From contig DXVO01000026.1 of assembly GCA_019417325.1 (NCBI GenBank), positions 11,826-75,825 of the forward strand: a stretch of 64,000 nucleotides of DNA. The letters are read 5' to 3'. The position numbers and the translations under genes are program-made. The DNA is from Parabacteroides sp. GTDB taxonomy: Bacteria; Bacteroidota; Bacteroidia; Bacteroidales; Tannerellaceae. The notes below the pieces were generated by a model. It did not search any database and was not told where the DNA came from. It was given only the letters and a program-made list of their open reading frames with translations. This document shows, in pieces, positions 62,059 through 64,000 of the stretch. Position 1 is the stretch's first letter, and the number at the start of each line of letters is the position of its first letter.

Positions 62059-63498
62059 TCAGAGGTCTGCGCGTTTCTTACGGAGTTCTTCCAGATTAGC
62101 GGAAGCATCCTCTATACCGGCAGCTTTAGCCTGGTTTAGCAAACGTTCTGCCTCATCCAGATTATCCTGCAACAGGGCAAGCACACCACGTGCGTGAATA
62201 GCGACCGGACTGTTATCCGCTTTAGCCAAATATCTTGCTGCAGCATCCAAATCCCTTTTTGAAAGAGCTACATTAGCTGCATTCAGGTTTGCTACAGGAT
62301 CGTCACTGAATGTACGTACTGCGATTTCGAATACTTCATTATATGCATCGCTTCCAAGCGGATAGCTGTTTGCCACTGCATACATTTCATCAAGGCTCAA
62401 CTGTTTCGGATTTGTTTTAATAATCTTACGAGCTTCTTCCAGAGAGAATTCCCGCACTAAATATTTAACCTTGTAATCCGTACGGCGCAATTTAGGATAG
62501 ATGGTCCTGTAAATATACTTATAAGGTTCTCCGCCATTCAGTGCTTCCAGTTCATCCTGCTTTTTATCCGGATCAGCATCACTGTTTATGATATCCAACG
62601 CTTCTTTGCGTGAAGGGATATTCATATCCGCTTCTGCATATGCTTTCAGACCGTCCCAGTCTTCAATCCCGTTCTCCAGTGTAAACAGGTTTTCTGCCAG
62701 ATTATGTTTCTTACCAACGTATTCGGCTAAAGATTTCACACGGTTGCCTGCCAATATTCTATTATGCTCGAAAGAGGCTTCCGGCGAAGCGAAACCTTTC
62801 AATGTGATTCCTTCCAAAGAAACATTCTTGTCATCAACAACCAGATTAATACTGTTGTCGATCTTTGCCAACTCGTTTGCATTGCCACGGAAATCATTAA
62901 GAATATTATATTTATCCACCCGGTATTCGATGAAAGCAGAACTTTCTTCTACCCTATGTTTTTCAGGTTCCACTTCCGGACGAATATAAACAAGGAACGG
63001 CTGAACCTGATAAAAACCATCTACCTTATCGGCAATCAGCAATGGTTCACCCGGTTTCTCTTTTCCACAACCACATAAATCCTGGGCCAATACAAAGCGG
63101 GCATCTTTCATCCACGATTCATAAGGAATTGTCATCTTATATGATACAGAAGCATCCGGATTCTTTTTTGCATTTACTACAGCGAAATATTCTTCATCCG
63201 TATTATTCAATGCAACTTCACGGTTATACACTTTATTACGGATTCTGCCGTTCACCAGAACAGAGGGTAATCCCATCTTTTGTGAACCGGATTCCAGTAC
63301 GGGTGTCAATGTCAGGAATCTTCTGGTTGAAATCTGATCTCCGTTTATTTTTATAACAGCGTCAATGTAAAGTTCGTTACCTTTTTTCTTTAGCTCGTTG
63401 CTAACCACACTCACAGGCGATTCGGTCTGTGCTTCGGCTATCGGGGCAAAAGCGGCAAGAAGGGCAGCAAACATATATATTTTCATTCTTATCTTCAT
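62059..63498 (-). CDS. DUF3868 + OmpA-like + TPR exported protein
   Basis: Signal peptide AEA-Q; LTLTPVL, CGCG, GFASPE, EDWDGL and YPKLRR motifs; TPR tail. Confidence 0.8.
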   Translation of the reverse strand: MKIRMKIYMFAALLAAFAPIAEAQTESPVSVVSNELKKKGNELYIDAVIKINGDQISTRRFLTLTPVLESGSQKMGLPSVLVNGRIRNKVYNREVALNNTDEEYFAVVNAKKNPDASVSYKMTIPYESWMKDARFVLAQDLCGCGKEKPGEPLLIADKVDGFYQVQPFLVYIRPEVEPEKHRVEESSAFIEYRVDKYNILNDFRGNANELAKIDNSINLVVDDKNVSLEGITLKGFASPEASFEHNRILAGNRVKSLAEYVGKKHNLAENLFTLENGIEDWDGLKAYAEADMNIPSRKEALDIINSDADPDKKQDELEALNGGEPYKYIYRTIYPKLRRTDYKVKYLVREFSLEEARKIIKTNPKQLSLDEMYAVANSYPLGSDAYNEVFEIAVRTFSDDPVANLNAANVALSKRDLDAAARYLAKADNSPVAIHARGVLALLQDNLDEAERLLNQAKAAGIEDASANLEELRKKRADL

Positions 63499-63506
63499 AG
63501 CTCTTG

Positions 63507-64000
63507 TTATTTAAAGAAGTAAATAATAGATAGAGCGGCTTTCGTTACGCCGAAATAATTCTTCGACTCTGTTGCCAAAACAGAACCACAAGTCGCACAT
63601 GGATACTTGTCATATTTCAGATGCGCCCAACCGACACCGATCTCAGCTTCCATACTCCAACGGTTACCTAGCAACCATTGATAACCGTAACCGATACCTA
63701 CACCATACAAATCACCCTGGTAACGATTGTCCTTAATGTTGCCACCAAGAAATTTTAATCCTCCGACATTATAATCTGCATAAAAAGGATGCAAGCCAAA
63801 GAAATGCCCGTCAAATCTCTCACATAACCAATAACGTACTTCCGGCTGGACCATCCAATGCTTCAAACGGGCTTCTTCGCCAAGCTTCCATCCATTATAA
63901 TTACCGGACAGATCCAATGTCCACTTTTTGCTTAGCCCCACCTCAACACCCAGATTGATTGTTGCTGTAGCATCATAAAGCAAATTGGACTTTACCGCAA
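63507..64000 (-). CDS. DUF3575 outer-membrane protein (5' end outside the window)
   Basis: Frame stays open to the edge: AVKSNLLYDA...NLGVE...QPEVRYW. Confidence 0.85.
   Translation of the reverse strand, partial: AVKSNLLYDATATINLGVEVGLSKKWTLDLSGNYNGWKLGEEARLKHWMVQPEVRYWLCERFDGHFFGLHPFYADYNVGGLKFLGGNIKDNRYQGDLYGVGIGYGYQWLLGNRWSMEAEIGVGWAHLKYDKYPCATCGSVLATESKNYFGVTKAALSIIYFFK

Overview
Bacteroidales chromosomal window, Parabacteroides-like (inferred from TAnnTTTG promoters, gene content and protein style). It is mostly core genes: hutU (partial), secDF, flotillin/NfeD, rhomboids, HU, argS, sufE/S/B/C/D, gyrB, rpsT between two tRNA-Glu genes, recO, tRNA-Arg, ddh, lgt, fprA, nagB, rnhB, hemW, rimP-nusA-infB and a TPP-riboswitch thiamine uptake operon. 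Two candidate undescribed systems stand out. (1) A 14.7-22.4 kb module: an ABCG-like half transporter and a lipoprotein converge on a sigma-less partner-switching cascade, which pairs a membrane pseudo-histidine kinase (H-box His->Asp) with a sensor-less kinase. (2) A GxxExxY PD-(D/E)XK nuclease gene inside the suf operon, framed by 52-bp inverted repeats built of 9-mer units, with two gene-less copies of that architecture elsewhere. Also noted: heptamer hairpins, four 22/23-bp-period palindrome arrays, and tandem C26-M19 peptidase fusions. No CRISPR array, integrase or classical transposase was seen. Family assignments are by motif recognition, not database search.
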